From positions 64,001-128,000 of the forward strand of contig JBILLK010000018.1 of NCBI GenBank assembly GCA_044376115.1: a stretch of DNA of 64,000 bases, written 5' to 3'. The stretch's first letter is position 1, and each line of letters opens with the position of its first letter. The position numbers and the translations under genes were made by a program. Under the pieces are notes generated by a model. That model was not told the DNA's origin. It worked only from the letters and a program-made list of their open reading frames with translations, and did not search any database. Source of the DNA: Polyangiaceae bacterium. GTDB lineage: Bacteria; Myxococcota_A; Polyangia; Polyangiales; Polyangiaceae. This document shows, piece after piece, positions 28,468 to 37,488 of the stretch.

Positions 28468-31425
28468 ATGTTGCGCCATCCCATCGCGATGTTCGCTGTC
28501 GGACTCGCGGGTCTTCCTGCGCTCGCTTTCGCCCAAGAACCAAGCCCGCCGGAGGTGGTCTCCGAGGAAACAGAGGTACCTGCAGAAGAGGTACCTGCAG
28601 AAGAGGTGCCTGCAGAGGAGGAAGCTCCGTCGCTGAATCTCAACGCGCCGCCGGCCAAAGGCAAAGGAGCGATCGTCGGCGTCGTTACCCAGTCCGAAGA
28701 TGGCGAGCCCGCGATGGATACCTTCGTTGGGATCGTTGGCACGCAAACGGCAGTGCTAACCGACATTGATGGTAGCTATCGCCTAGAGCTACCGCCTGGC
28801 ACTTATACCGTGCAGTTCGTAGCGGAGCTGCGCAAGCCACTGCGAACTGCGAAGCTGACCGTGCAAAAGGGTCGGCTCACGCGGATGGACGCCGTCGTCG
28901 TGCTCGAGCAGGCGGAGGCAGAGCCCGCCGTCGAGACGGTGGTGGAGGTGGAGTCAGCGTCAGTCCAGAGCCTGCTGCTGGAGCGGCAGCGCGGTATCGC
29001 CAGCGGAGATTCAGTCGGGCGCGCCGAGATCACGAAGGCCAATGACCGAACCGCCGCCGAGGCCGCCAAACGCGTGGTTGGCGCCAACATCGAGGGCTCG
29101 CGCTTCCTATTCGTACGCGGTCTCGGTGAGCGCTACACCAACGCCCTGCTCGACGGCTTCCCCTTACCCAGCCCCGAGCCAGACCGACAGGCGGTGCCTC
29201 TCGACCTATTTCCCTCGCAGATCCTCGATAGCCTTACCGTAGTAAAGACCTTCAGCCCGGATGTACCGGGAGACTTTGCCGGCGGCTCAGTGCGTATTGC
29301 CACGCGCCGTATACCTAACAAACTAACCCTAGCCGGAAGCGTTTCTGTGGGCTTCAACACAGAAGCTACCTTCTCCAACGCCTTGACCCACGCTGGCGGG
29401 GGGCTCGACTTCTTGGGCATCGATGACGGAACTCGCGCCCTGCCGACGGACATACCGAGCACTAAAGTCGTCCGCGGCGTCGAGCAAGAGGACGGGACGA
29501 TCATCACCAGGGACGAGATCGCAGCCTTTGGCCGCGAGATGAATACACCGCTCTCTGCGCGCCGCTCGCTTGGCGCGCCGAACTTGTCCGTCAATGCAGT
29601 AGCCGCGGACTCCTTCAGCTTGGGCGACTGGGGGAAGCTCGGAATCATGGGGGCCCTGGTCTATGACCGCAGGCTCGAGCGAGTGGTCGAGGCGAAGCTT
29701 CGCACCTATGGTCGCGCCGTCGGGGAAGAATCTGATTCGGTGCGCCTGCTTAACGACCTAGAGCTTGAGCGCGCAACCCAGCTGGTAAGTTGGGGTGGCC
29801 TGTTCGGGACGACGCTAGAGCTCGGCGAAGACCATCGGCTAGGCCTTACTGGGTTATACACGCGCGCCGCGGACATCTCTACCTCGGTACTCTCTGGCCG
29901 CCATGAGGAGCGCGCATCAAGCTTGGCGGAGGAGCGGCTGACCTTCGTTTCTCGCCAGCTGGCCTTTGGCGACATCACAGGTCACCATCGCTTCAAAGAG
30001 GCCAATGGGCTGGAACTCGACTATGGGCTAGGGCTTGCTCGTGCTACCCGCGAACAACCAGATACGCGTGGAGCTACCTATCAATACGATGCGACGCAAA
30101 ACGTTTTCGCCTTCGAGGACGACAGCACTAGCGGCTCTCATTTTTTCTCGGAGCAAGGAGAGACGACAGTGAGTGGGATGGTCGACATCACTGTCCCTCT
30201 GCTCAAGCGGCAAGAGGTTGCCAAGATCAAGACAGGCGCCGCTTTCAACTTGCGAGACCGTGAGTTCTTAGCCCGACGTTTTCGCTTTCGGCCGGACCGC
30301 AAAAACGGAGCCGAAGGCTTCGACTTGTGCCCCGGAGCGAGCTTTTCCCTCGACTGCCCAGACAAGCTCTTCACCGATGCCAACATTGATTCGCGCGCTT
30401 TGGAGCTCGAGGAGAATACAGGCGACAACGACGGCTATAACGCGGGACTTCAGGTCGTGTCGACCTACGTCATGCTCGACACGCGCCCGCTGCCCCATTG
30501 GCGCCTTACGCTGGGACCACGGCTCGAGGTTTCCTCGCAAGACATAACCTCGTTCGACCCGGTGGACTCCACCCAGGAAGCAAAGGAGAACGTGCTAGAA
30601 GATCTGCAGCTACTTCCGGCGGCGCTATTGACCTACACGCCTATCCCCAAAGCCAACCTCCGGCTATCCGTCACGCGAACCGTTGCTCGACCTCAGCTGC
30701 GTGAACTCGCTCCGTTTGGCTTCGTTGACTACTTCGGCGGCCGCGAGACTCGTGGCAACCCGGAGATTGTCAACACCAGCATTGTCAATGCAGACACTCG
30801 CTTTGAGTTCTTCCCAACCTCACGCGAGGTCATTGCCGTAAGTGCCTTTTACAAACAATTCGAGAACCCCATCGAGCAGGTCATCCAAGCAAGTAGCGGG
30901 ACCGCGGGCGTGGTCACGTTCGACAACGCGCCGTCTGGCAACCTGTTTGGTATTGAGCTCGAGGCGCGCAAATCTCTCGACTTCCTGAGCGAAGCACTGC
31001 GACCACTGTCGATCATCAGCAACGTTACCCTCGCCCACTCCTCAGTGCAGCTGGATGCGGAGCGAGCCATTCTACTAACAAGCAAGTCTCGCCCGTTGTC
31101 GCAGCAGGCTCCCTTCATCGTCAACGTCGCATTGGACTTCGACTACGAGCCGTGGGGCACGCGTGCGCGACTGCTCTACAACGTTGTAGGGCAGCGCTTG
31201 ACACAGGTTGGTCGCAACGGCATTCCTGATATTTACGAACTTCCGCGCCACGTGCTCGATCTCACGGTCGGACAGAAGCTAGGCCAGTTCGTCGAGCTTC
31301 GCGGCTCTGCCTCCAATCTCCTCGACTGGCCGACAGTGCGTGAGCACAAGACCGGCAATGGCGACATAACGGAGGAATTCAAGACGGGGACTACCTTCTC
31401 GCTGGGGCTTGCGCTCGCTAATTGA
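28468..31425 (+). CDS. TonB-dependent receptor
   Basis: N-terminal carboxypeptidase-regulatory-like domain, plug VRGLGERY...VPLDLFP, beta-barrel. Confidence 0.93.
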   Translation: MLRHPIAMFAVGLAGLPALAFAQEPSPPEVVSEETEVPAEEVPAEEVPAEEEAPSLNLNAPPAKGKGAIVGVVTQSEDGEPAMDTFVGIVGTQTAVLTDIDGSYRLELPPGTYTVQFVAELRKPLRTAKLTVQKGRLTRMDAVVVLEQAEAEPAVETVVEVESASVQSLLLERQRGIASGDSVGRAEITKANDRTAAEAAKRVVGANIEGSRFLFVRGLGERYTNALLDGFPLPSPEPDRQAVPLDLFPSQILDSLTVVKTFSPDVPGDFAGGSVRIATRRIPNKLTLAGSVSVGFNTEATFSNALTHAGGGLDFLGIDDGTRALPTDIPSTKVVRGVEQEDGTIITRDEIAAFGREMNTPLSARRSLGAPNLSVNAVAADSFSLGDWGKLGIMGALVYDRRLERVVEAKLRTYGRAVGEESDSVRLLNDLELERATQLVSWGGLFGTTLELGEDHRLGLTGLYTRAADISTSVLSGRHEERASSLAEERLTFVSRQLAFGDITGHHRFKEANGLELDYGLGLARATREQPDTRGATYQYDATQNVFAFEDDSTSGSHFFSEQGETTVSGMVDITVPLLKRQEVAKIKTGAAFNLRDREFLARRFRFRPDRKNGAEGFDLCPGASFSLDCPDKLFTDANIDSRALELEENTGDNDGYNAGLQVVSTYVMLDTRPLPHWRLTLGPRLEVSSQDITSFDPVDSTQEAKENVLEDLQLLPAALLTYTPIPKANLRLSVTRTVARPQLRELAPFGFVDYFGGRETRGNPEIVNTSIVNADTRFEFFPTSREVIAVSAFYKQFENPIEQVIQASSGTAGVVTFDNAPSGNLFGIELEARKSLDFLSEALRPLSIISNVTLAHSSVQLDAERAILLTSKSRPLSQQAPFIVNVALDFDYEPWGTRARLLYNVVGQRLTQVGRNGIPDIYELPRHVLDLTVGQKLGQFVELRGSASNLLDWPTVREHKTGNGDITEEFKTGTTFSLGLALAN

Positions 31426-31540
31426 CTAGGGTTCGTAGTCAAATCGTCACACGCGTTTTGATTGTAGGACACAATGGCCACTTAGATTGCGCCCCAGCTG
31501 AAAGCGCAGCCCACCATAGGGTTGCGCCTCTGGAGGCTCT

Positions 31541-32905
31541 ATGAACTTCAATCGATCATTCGGCATTCTTTCTAGTCTGGTACTCTTTGGTTCGACCCTA
31601 ATCGCCTGTGGCGATAGCGGGAGCGGAGCTGGCGGCTCAGGCGGCAGCGGTGGTAATCCGTCGGCTGGTGGAAGCGGTGGAACTGGCGGTGGGCCTTCCA
31701 ACGCGGAAGAGCTAAGTGGCGAGTTGAGCAGCACCACGCTGACGGCCGATACCTTGTGGACCCTCAAAGGCGTTGTATCGGTTCCGGCCGGCGAAACGCT
31801 AACCATCGAGCCCGGGACGCTGATTGTAGGCGACAAAGCCTCGCTCGGCACGCTCGTGGTTCAGCGAGGTGGCAAGATTGTCGCAGAAGGCACTAAAGAC
31901 GCACCGATTGTCTTCTCGAGCGCCCTCCCCGCTGGCGAGCGCGCGGCAGGCGACTGGGGCGGGGTGGTCGTTCTCGGCAATGCCCCAATCAACGAGCCGG
32001 GTGGCGAAGCTCAGGTTGAAGGCTTCGCAGATGCGCAGCTCTACGGGGGAGATGACGCCAGCGATGACAGCGGCACCCTCAAGTACGTCCGTATCGAGTT
32101 CGGCGGCATCGAGCTCGCTCCTGATAACGAGATCAACGGGCTTACCCTTGCTGGTGTCGGGAGCGGGACGACGATCGACTACGTTCAGGTCAGGCAGACG
32201 TTGGATGATTGCTTCGAGTTTTTCGGTGGTACGGTCAACGCCAAGCACCTTGTCTGCTACCGCAACGGCGATGACGGCTTCGACTTCGACCAAGGTTATG
32301 TCGGCTCGTTGCAGTTCCTCTTCCTGCAGCAAGAGCCCTCGGCCGCTGACGACGCCAACGGCTTCGAGAGCGACAACGACAAGGACGAGCCCACCGTCGC
32401 GCCTGTGACGAACCCCAAGGTCTCGAACATAACGCTCTGCGGTCAAAACGGCGACCAAGCCAAACAACAATACGGCTTTCTATTCCGCCGGGGCTTCAAG
32501 GCAACCATCACCAACGCCATCGCCATGGGCTTCGAGGCCGGCGTGGACTTCCGCGACGTTCCTCCCACCGCAGTCGAGCTATCCAACAGCGTGATGTTCG
32601 GTAACACGGTTGAGAACGTTGCCTACGTCGAAGACAAGCCGGAGAGCGACACGGGCGCCCCCGACGAGGATGATGACGGAGCCTTCGACGAGATCGCTTG
32701 GTTCGAGGAAGGGATGGGGAACACGACTGCGGATCCCGGTATCAGCGGTTGTTTTGAGGCGACGCCCAACCCCTTGCCTTCAGCGATGATTGCGGGTGGA
32801 ACGCCTGTTGGATCGGGTGTGGATAGCGCAGCGACCTACGTTGGCGCTTTCAAGGACAGCTCCGACAACTGGCTTGACGGCTGGACCGCGTGGACCGCCG
32901 ACTGA
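31541..32905 (+). CDS. Acidic beta-helix lipoprotein associated with the TBDR
   Basis: Lipobox LIAC; GDWGG, DDSGTLKYVRIE, EINGLT, DDCFEFFGG. Confidence 0.8.
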   Translation: MNFNRSFGILSSLVLFGSTLIACGDSGSGAGGSGGSGGNPSAGGSGGTGGGPSNAEELSGELSSTTLTADTLWTLKGVVSVPAGETLTIEPGTLIVGDKASLGTLVVQRGGKIVAEGTKDAPIVFSSALPAGERAAGDWGGVVVLGNAPINEPGGEAQVEGFADAQLYGGDDASDDSGTLKYVRIEFGGIELAPDNEINGLTLAGVGSGTTIDYVQVRQTLDDCFEFFGGTVNAKHLVCYRNGDDGFDFDQGYVGSLQFLFLQQEPSAADDANGFESDNDKDEPTVAPVTNPKVSNITLCGQNGDQAKQQYGFLFRRGFKATITNAIAMGFEAGVDFRDVPPTAVELSNSVMFGNTVENVAYVEDKPESDTGAPDEDDDGAFDEIAWFEEGMGNTTADPGISGCFEATPNPLPSAMIAGGTPVGSGVDSAATYVGAFKDSSDNWLDGWTAWTAD

Positions 32906-32939
32906 TTACCAAGTAAAATATCTCTCGTAGGGATAGCTG

Positions 32940-32973
32940 ACAGCCTGGGTTCCCTCCCAGGCTGTTTGCGTTT
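32940..32973 (+). terminator. Intrinsic terminator
   Basis: ACAGCCTGGG/CCCAGGCTGT stem followed by a T-rich tail. Confidence 0.75.
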
Positions 32974-32991
32974 GTGTCACAAGCGTCTCGG

Positions 32992-33528
32992 TCAGCGAAG
33001 CGCTCGATCGAGCGCTGCAATCAAGTAGATAGCCGAGGCCGGATTGAAGCCAAAGCCCACGTGGATATTGTGCTCGAGGCCCCCGGCGCCGTTGGTCATG
33101 AACTGATGACCAAGCTCGAACGAGAAGACGTCGGCAAAAAAGTGGAGCATCAGGCTGTTGCGCATACCGAGGCTGGTATGGGCGAAGGTATCGCCGTCTT
33201 CCCGCCGACCGACGAGAAACCGCGGCCTGTAGGTTGCGCCAAAAAGCGGGGAGCCAAAGCCTATTGCGCCGGTCAGGTTGAACGCATTGAGGTACCTCGT
33301 ATCAAACGTGTAGCCGAGTTCTCCGCCAACGATCACGCCCCCTTCGAGCAGACCGATCACGCCAGCAGTGGCATCGAGATCGAAGCGGGGCTTCACCGGG
33401 TCAAAGAAGATCCCAGGCCCCATCGAAAGCCGAGTTACAGGCACCATGAGGAACTCCTCTGCAGCGACTGGCCGGGCATGGGACAATGCAACAGAAGCGA
33501 CGACAGCGAACAGGAGCGAACGAACCAC
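32992..33528 (-). CDS. Hypothetical secreted / small beta-barrel-like protein
   Basis: Signal peptide, amphipathic strands. Confidence 0.55.
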   Translation of the reverse strand: MVRSLLFAVVASVALSHARPVAAEEFLMVPVTRLSMGPGIFFDPVKPRFDLDATAGVIGLLEGGVIVGGELGYTFDTRYLNAFNLTGAIGFGSPLFGATYRPRFLVGRREDGDTFAHTSLGMRNSLMLHFFADVFSFELGHQFMTNGAGGLEHNIHVGFGFNPASAIYLIAALDRALR

Positions 33529-33606
33529 GTCGCAAGATTAGATCAGCGCAGGGCCGTTGCATCAACAAGCGCTGCAAACGCCGACTTGACCTACAATACC
33601 CCCGCG

Positions 33607-34722
33607 ATGAAGCACGTGTTCAGCTCGCGACCTTCAGCTCTTGCGGCAGTCTTCAGCCTTTGGCCCTGCATTTTCGCGGGCCCGCTAGCTGCCTGTACCG
33701 AGCGTCGTGCCGCGGAGGAAGCCGAGAGCGTAGAGCCCCTGCCCACCGAAGCGGAGCCAGAGCCAGACGGGCAAGCCAGCACCAACCGCTTCTTTGCTCA
33801 ACTGTCCAAGGAGCCCGTCTCTGGCGTGGTCGTCCTGCGCGCCCCGATTCTGCTATTGCCCACGGAGGGCGCCGCGCGTGCGTTGCCCCGCACCGTCGAT
33901 GGCGTATCCGCGCTGCGAGAGAACCTCTACTCCGGGCGCGTCCTGGAGGACCTTGGAGACGTTGTAAAGGTGGAAACCGAGGCCGCGTACGCGCCGTACC
34001 CCGTATTCGGGGATGGCTTCCAATTGACGGGCTACGTACGCAAATCCTCGCTATCGCCCGTCTTCCTTCGACCCTTCACGGAAGACTATGGCGACGGCAC
34101 GTTAGCCTCCTTTCTTCCCGGCGCCGCGCTGGTAACGGAGCAGGGCCAGTTTGGCGTCGTGATCAACGACAAGGTCCGTGCGTTCATCGTGCCGAACGGC
34201 GCTCGCGGCTTCATCGGGCTCTCCGCTGAGGCACGCGATTGGAAGGCCACCCCACCAGACATCGGGCAGCCTCTTTTCTGCGACGGGGACACGCTCGAAA
34301 AGCGGCCGGCTCTCGTTTCGGCCAATTGCTCCCTACCTGAAGACGCCGTGGTGGTGATTGGAGACCGTTCTTTCCGAGCCGGAACGTTGGTCCCACGCTG
34401 CCGTGAGGTCGACGTGACAAAGAACGCTGACGGCGTCCTGTTCGCGGGGTTGCCGCTCGAGAACGGCTTTGCCCGCGCCCGGATTGAGCGCGGGCAGCCC
34501 ACGCAGCGCTGTCAGGAGACCGCCCCCCGTCCCACCGGGCCCAAGCCCAAGAAGACAGTGCGACCGGGTGCCGCTGTTTACTTCCAGTCCGGGGAGCGCG
34601 CGGGAACGGTTGGCAAGGCCGCCGTGCCCGTAACGGAAGCGACGATGGTCGGTGGGCGGCTCTGTCACTCTCCAGACCAATTCGATATGCCGTTATGTCA
34701 CGATCCAAAGGACGTGCGCTGA
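33607..34722 (+). CDS. Hypothetical lipoprotein
   Basis: Lipobox LAAC after the ATG at 33607; the upstream extension of the ORF is antisense shadow. Confidence 0.6.
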   Translation: MKHVFSSRPSALAAVFSLWPCIFAGPLAACTERRAAEEAESVEPLPTEAEPEPDGQASTNRFFAQLSKEPVSGVVVLRAPILLLPTEGAARALPRTVDGVSALRENLYSGRVLEDLGDVVKVETEAAYAPYPVFGDGFQLTGYVRKSSLSPVFLRPFTEDYGDGTLASFLPGAALVTEQGQFGVVINDKVRAFIVPNGARGFIGLSAEARDWKATPPDIGQPLFCDGDTLEKRPALVSANCSLPEDAVVVIGDRSFRAGTLVPRCREVDVTKNADGVLFAGLPLENGFARARIERGQPTQRCQETAPRPTGPKPKKTVRPGAAVYFQSGERAGTVGKAAVPVTEATMVGGRLCHSPDQFDMPLCHDPKDVR

Positions 34723-34805
34723 GCCCGAAACGAAGGCTGCACCATGGCACTCTGGGCTACGTTTTCGGCCCCATATGCCGCCGTGTTGTGGTTGGATCCC
34801 CGGCT

Positions 34806-35183
34806 ATGAACTGCCGAGTCATCGCACCCAGCCTCGTTGTCTTCCTTGTTGCTTGTGGCGGCAACGTCGTCTTTGAGTCCTCTAACTCGAGCGGCAACGG
34901 TGGTGGCGGGAACAACGCTGGCAGCGGTTGTGAGCAGTACTGCGAGAAGGCTGCTGGCTGTCCCGACATTCCCGTAGGAGACCAATGTCTCTCCGGTTGT
35001 GAAGAGGGTCGTGCCCTTTACGTTGATGCAGGTTGCGAAGATGCGTTCGATGCATTTCTTGGTTGTCTAAGCAACCTACCGGACGTGTGCACCCCCGACG
35101 CGAACGCGTGTCTGTCCGAGATAAACACGTTGGGGACATGCTTCGGCGGCTTCGATGATGGCGGGTCTGGCGGCTTCGGATGA
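34806..35183 (+). CDS. Small Cys-rich lipoprotein
   Basis: Lipobox LVAC, Gly/Ser linker, multiple Cys. Confidence 0.7.
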   Translation: MNCRVIAPSLVVFLVACGGNVVFESSNSSGNGGGGNNAGSGCEQYCEKAAGCPDIPVGDQCLSGCEEGRALYVDAGCEDAFDAFLGCLSNLPDVCTPDANACLSEINTLGTCFGGFDDGGSGGFG

Positions 35184-35236
35184 GGGCTGCTCGCGCCCAC
35201 CTTGGCTAGCTGGGGCTGAGCCGCTACCCTGCCCGA

Positions 35237-35674
35237 ATGGACGTCAAAGGTGCCCTTTTGTTCGTGCTCGGGCAGCACCTGCTCAAGGAGGATCTCGCAT
35301 CGGCAAAGGCCGCGCTCCGAGATTGGGCGGGGTCAGACCCGATGGGCTCCTTGTTGGACGTGGTCATGCTCGGCAGCGCCCTCTTCTTCGAGGCAGAGAA
35401 GGAACACAACCCGAAGGTCAACTCAATGTCCGACGCGATGGTCTTCGTCTCCACCTGCCTCTCAGTCGGCTACTCGGATATCTTCGCCAAGACCGAGCAA
35501 GGCAAGCTAATCGCAACGGCACTCCAAATGTTCGGGCCGGCCCTCACGGCGCAGGCACTGGAGGCTCCGCACATTGCGTCGAATCGCATTGAGGAAGACA
35601 ACCTCGCCTTGCAGACCGACATCCTGGCGAAGCTCGACGCCATTCTCGTTGAGCTTCAGCGACAGCGACGCTGA
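35237..35674 (+). CDS. Small ion-channel (Ion_trans_2-like) protein
   Basis: TM-pore-TM layout; DAMVFVSTCLSVGYSDIFAKTEQGK. Confidence 0.7.
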   Translation: MDVKGALLFVLGQHLLKEDLASAKAALRDWAGSDPMGSLLDVVMLGSALFFEAEKEHNPKVNSMSDAMVFVSTCLSVGYSDIFAKTEQGKLIATALQMFGPALTAQALEAPHIASNRIEEDNLALQTDILAKLDAILVELQRQRR

Positions 35675-35711
35675 AACCTTAGGGGCGTGATAGAGCGCTA
35701 GGGCTGGAGCC

Positions 35712-36923
35712 ATGGGTGCCTTTGATTTTTATTTCGACTTCGTTTGTCCCTACGCTTACGTCGCGTCCAAAGAGGTTGCGGTATTGGAGCGGGAGGGGCA
35801 CGCGGTTACTTGGCGTCCAATCCTTCTAGGAGGCGTCTTTCGTGCAATTGGCGGCCCAGACGACCCGAACCAGCTCAAAGGTCCCGCCAAAGCCCGCTAT
35901 GGCGCTGTAGATCTAGAGCGAACCGTGCGCGCTCATGGACTCTCTCTCTCAAAGCCAGCTGGGCACCCACGCAGAACCGTGCTCGCCCTCCGGGCGGCGC
36001 TGGCTTCAGGCGACGTAGCGAGGGCCGCCCACGCACTCTTTGATGCCTATTGGCAAAAGGGCCTGGACCTCGAGGATCCAAAGGTCGTAGCGGCTTCACT
36101 CGATGCGGCCTCGCTTGATGGCTCGGCAGCGGTAGCAGCGGCCGAAACTGAAGCAGTGAAGCAACTGCTGCGACAAAAGACGGAGCACGCCGTAGCCAAG
36201 GGTATCTTTGGGGTACCGGCGTTTACTGTCGGCGGAGAGCTCTACTGGGGAGTTGACCGCCTCGCCCACTTGAAAGCCGCACTGCTCCCGCCGACGACCT
36301 TCTCCTTCTATTTCGACTACTCGTCGCCGTACGCCTATCTAGGAGCAACGCAAGTCCGCGCGTTGGCCGCTCGCACCCGCGCGACGATTGACTATCAGCC
36401 TATCCTCCTCGGCGGACTATTTCGCTCGATCGGGACGCCGAACGTTCCACTTTTTGAGATGCCAGAACCTAAGCGCAACTACCTCGCCCAGGAACTTCCG
36501 CGTTTCGCAGAACGGTTTGGCGTCCCCTTCCGCTTCACCTCGCACTTCCCGGTAAACACGGTCAAAGCCCTGCGACTCACCTTGGCGGCCGATAAAGCAA
36601 TAAGGCCAACCCTAATTGATTCGCTCTATCGAGCCGTCTGGGTCGAAGACCGAGACATCTCAAGTCTCGCGGAGCTTGCGGTCATCGCAAAGGCTTGCGG
36701 CGCCGATGAAGCCTTGGCGCGGATAGAAGAGCCCGAGGTCAAAGCTGCGCTCCATAGCTCAACCAACGCGGCGAGGGATTGCGGAGTCTTCGGAGTTCCC
36801 TCCCTCGTGATCGAAGGAGAGCTTTATTGGGGGCAGGATCGGCTCGCCCAGGCAGAGTCAGCCCTGATGGAGCGCCGCGGTACGCTCGCTACCCCGCAGC
36901 CTGCCGAACGAACACACGCCTAA
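35712..36923 (+). CDS. Tandem two-domain DsbA-like / 2-hydroxychromene-2-carboxylate isomerase (kappa-GST)
   Basis: FYFDFVCPYAY and FYFDYSSPYAY; FGVP...ELYWG occurs twice. Confidence 0.88.
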   Translation: MGAFDFYFDFVCPYAYVASKEVAVLEREGHAVTWRPILLGGVFRAIGGPDDPNQLKGPAKARYGAVDLERTVRAHGLSLSKPAGHPRRTVLALRAALASGDVARAAHALFDAYWQKGLDLEDPKVVAASLDAASLDGSAAVAAAETEAVKQLLRQKTEHAVAKGIFGVPAFTVGGELYWGVDRLAHLKAALLPPTTFSFYFDYSSPYAYLGATQVRALAARTRATIDYQPILLGGLFRSIGTPNVPLFEMPEPKRNYLAQELPRFAERFGVPFRFTSHFPVNTVKALRLTLAADKAIRPTLIDSLYRAVWVEDRDISSLAELAVIAKACGADEALARIEEPEVKAALHSSTNAARDCGVFGVPSLVIEGELYWGQDRLAQAESALMERRGTLATPQPAERTHA

Positions 36924-37031
36924 CCCGTGGAAACTCTTTGCTCCTACAGATTGGGTTGACGACACCAACCCGCAAATCGCACCATCGTCGTATGAATCGC
37001 CGATGGGGCAGCGACTCAAAGAGAGCCGATC

Positions 37032-37465
37032 TTGGTTGAAGTAACGTTCAACCACTGGCCGGTCTTCCTCCTGAAGTTGAGTGGTTCACTCACGGCGGAA
37101 GATGCGGAAGAGATCGCCAAGCACTTCGATCAGGCCCTCGACCGCAAAGAGCACCACGTCAACATCATCGATTGTCGCGGGGGACGTGAACGACCCAACG
37201 CGATCGTCCGGCAAAAACTTGCGGAATACACGGCTCGGTCAAAGGAGGCCTCCAAAAATGGGCGCTCGGTACCGCCATCGTCGTGAACAATGCGCTGCTT
37301 CGCAGTGTCATCACGGCCATTCACTGGGTTGCTCCCTCGCCGATCCCGGTGGTCGCGGTCGCCACCATTACCGAAGGTGTGGACCGCTGCGAAACCTGGC
37401 TGCGTGAGCGGCAAATACGGCTGGGGGCCGACGCCATAGCTGTCTTGAAACGCAACCAGGGGTAG
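37032..37465 (+). pseudogene. Frameshifted STAS/SEC14-like small protein (or sequencing indel)
   Basis: Adding one A to the A5 run at 37254-37258 joins both ORFs as SKKWALGTAIVVNNALLRSVITAIHW. Confidence 0.65.
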
Positions 37466-37488
37466 AGCATCTTCGCTAGACTCGCGGG

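Noticed and set aside
31475..31490. Sigma54 promoter before the TBDR-associated lipoprotein
   Set aside because: Spacing is GG-N11-GC rather than the required N10.
32974..33606. N-terminal extension of the 582-aa ORF
   Set aside because: It is the antisense shadow of 32992-33528; the lipoprotein signal begins at 33607.
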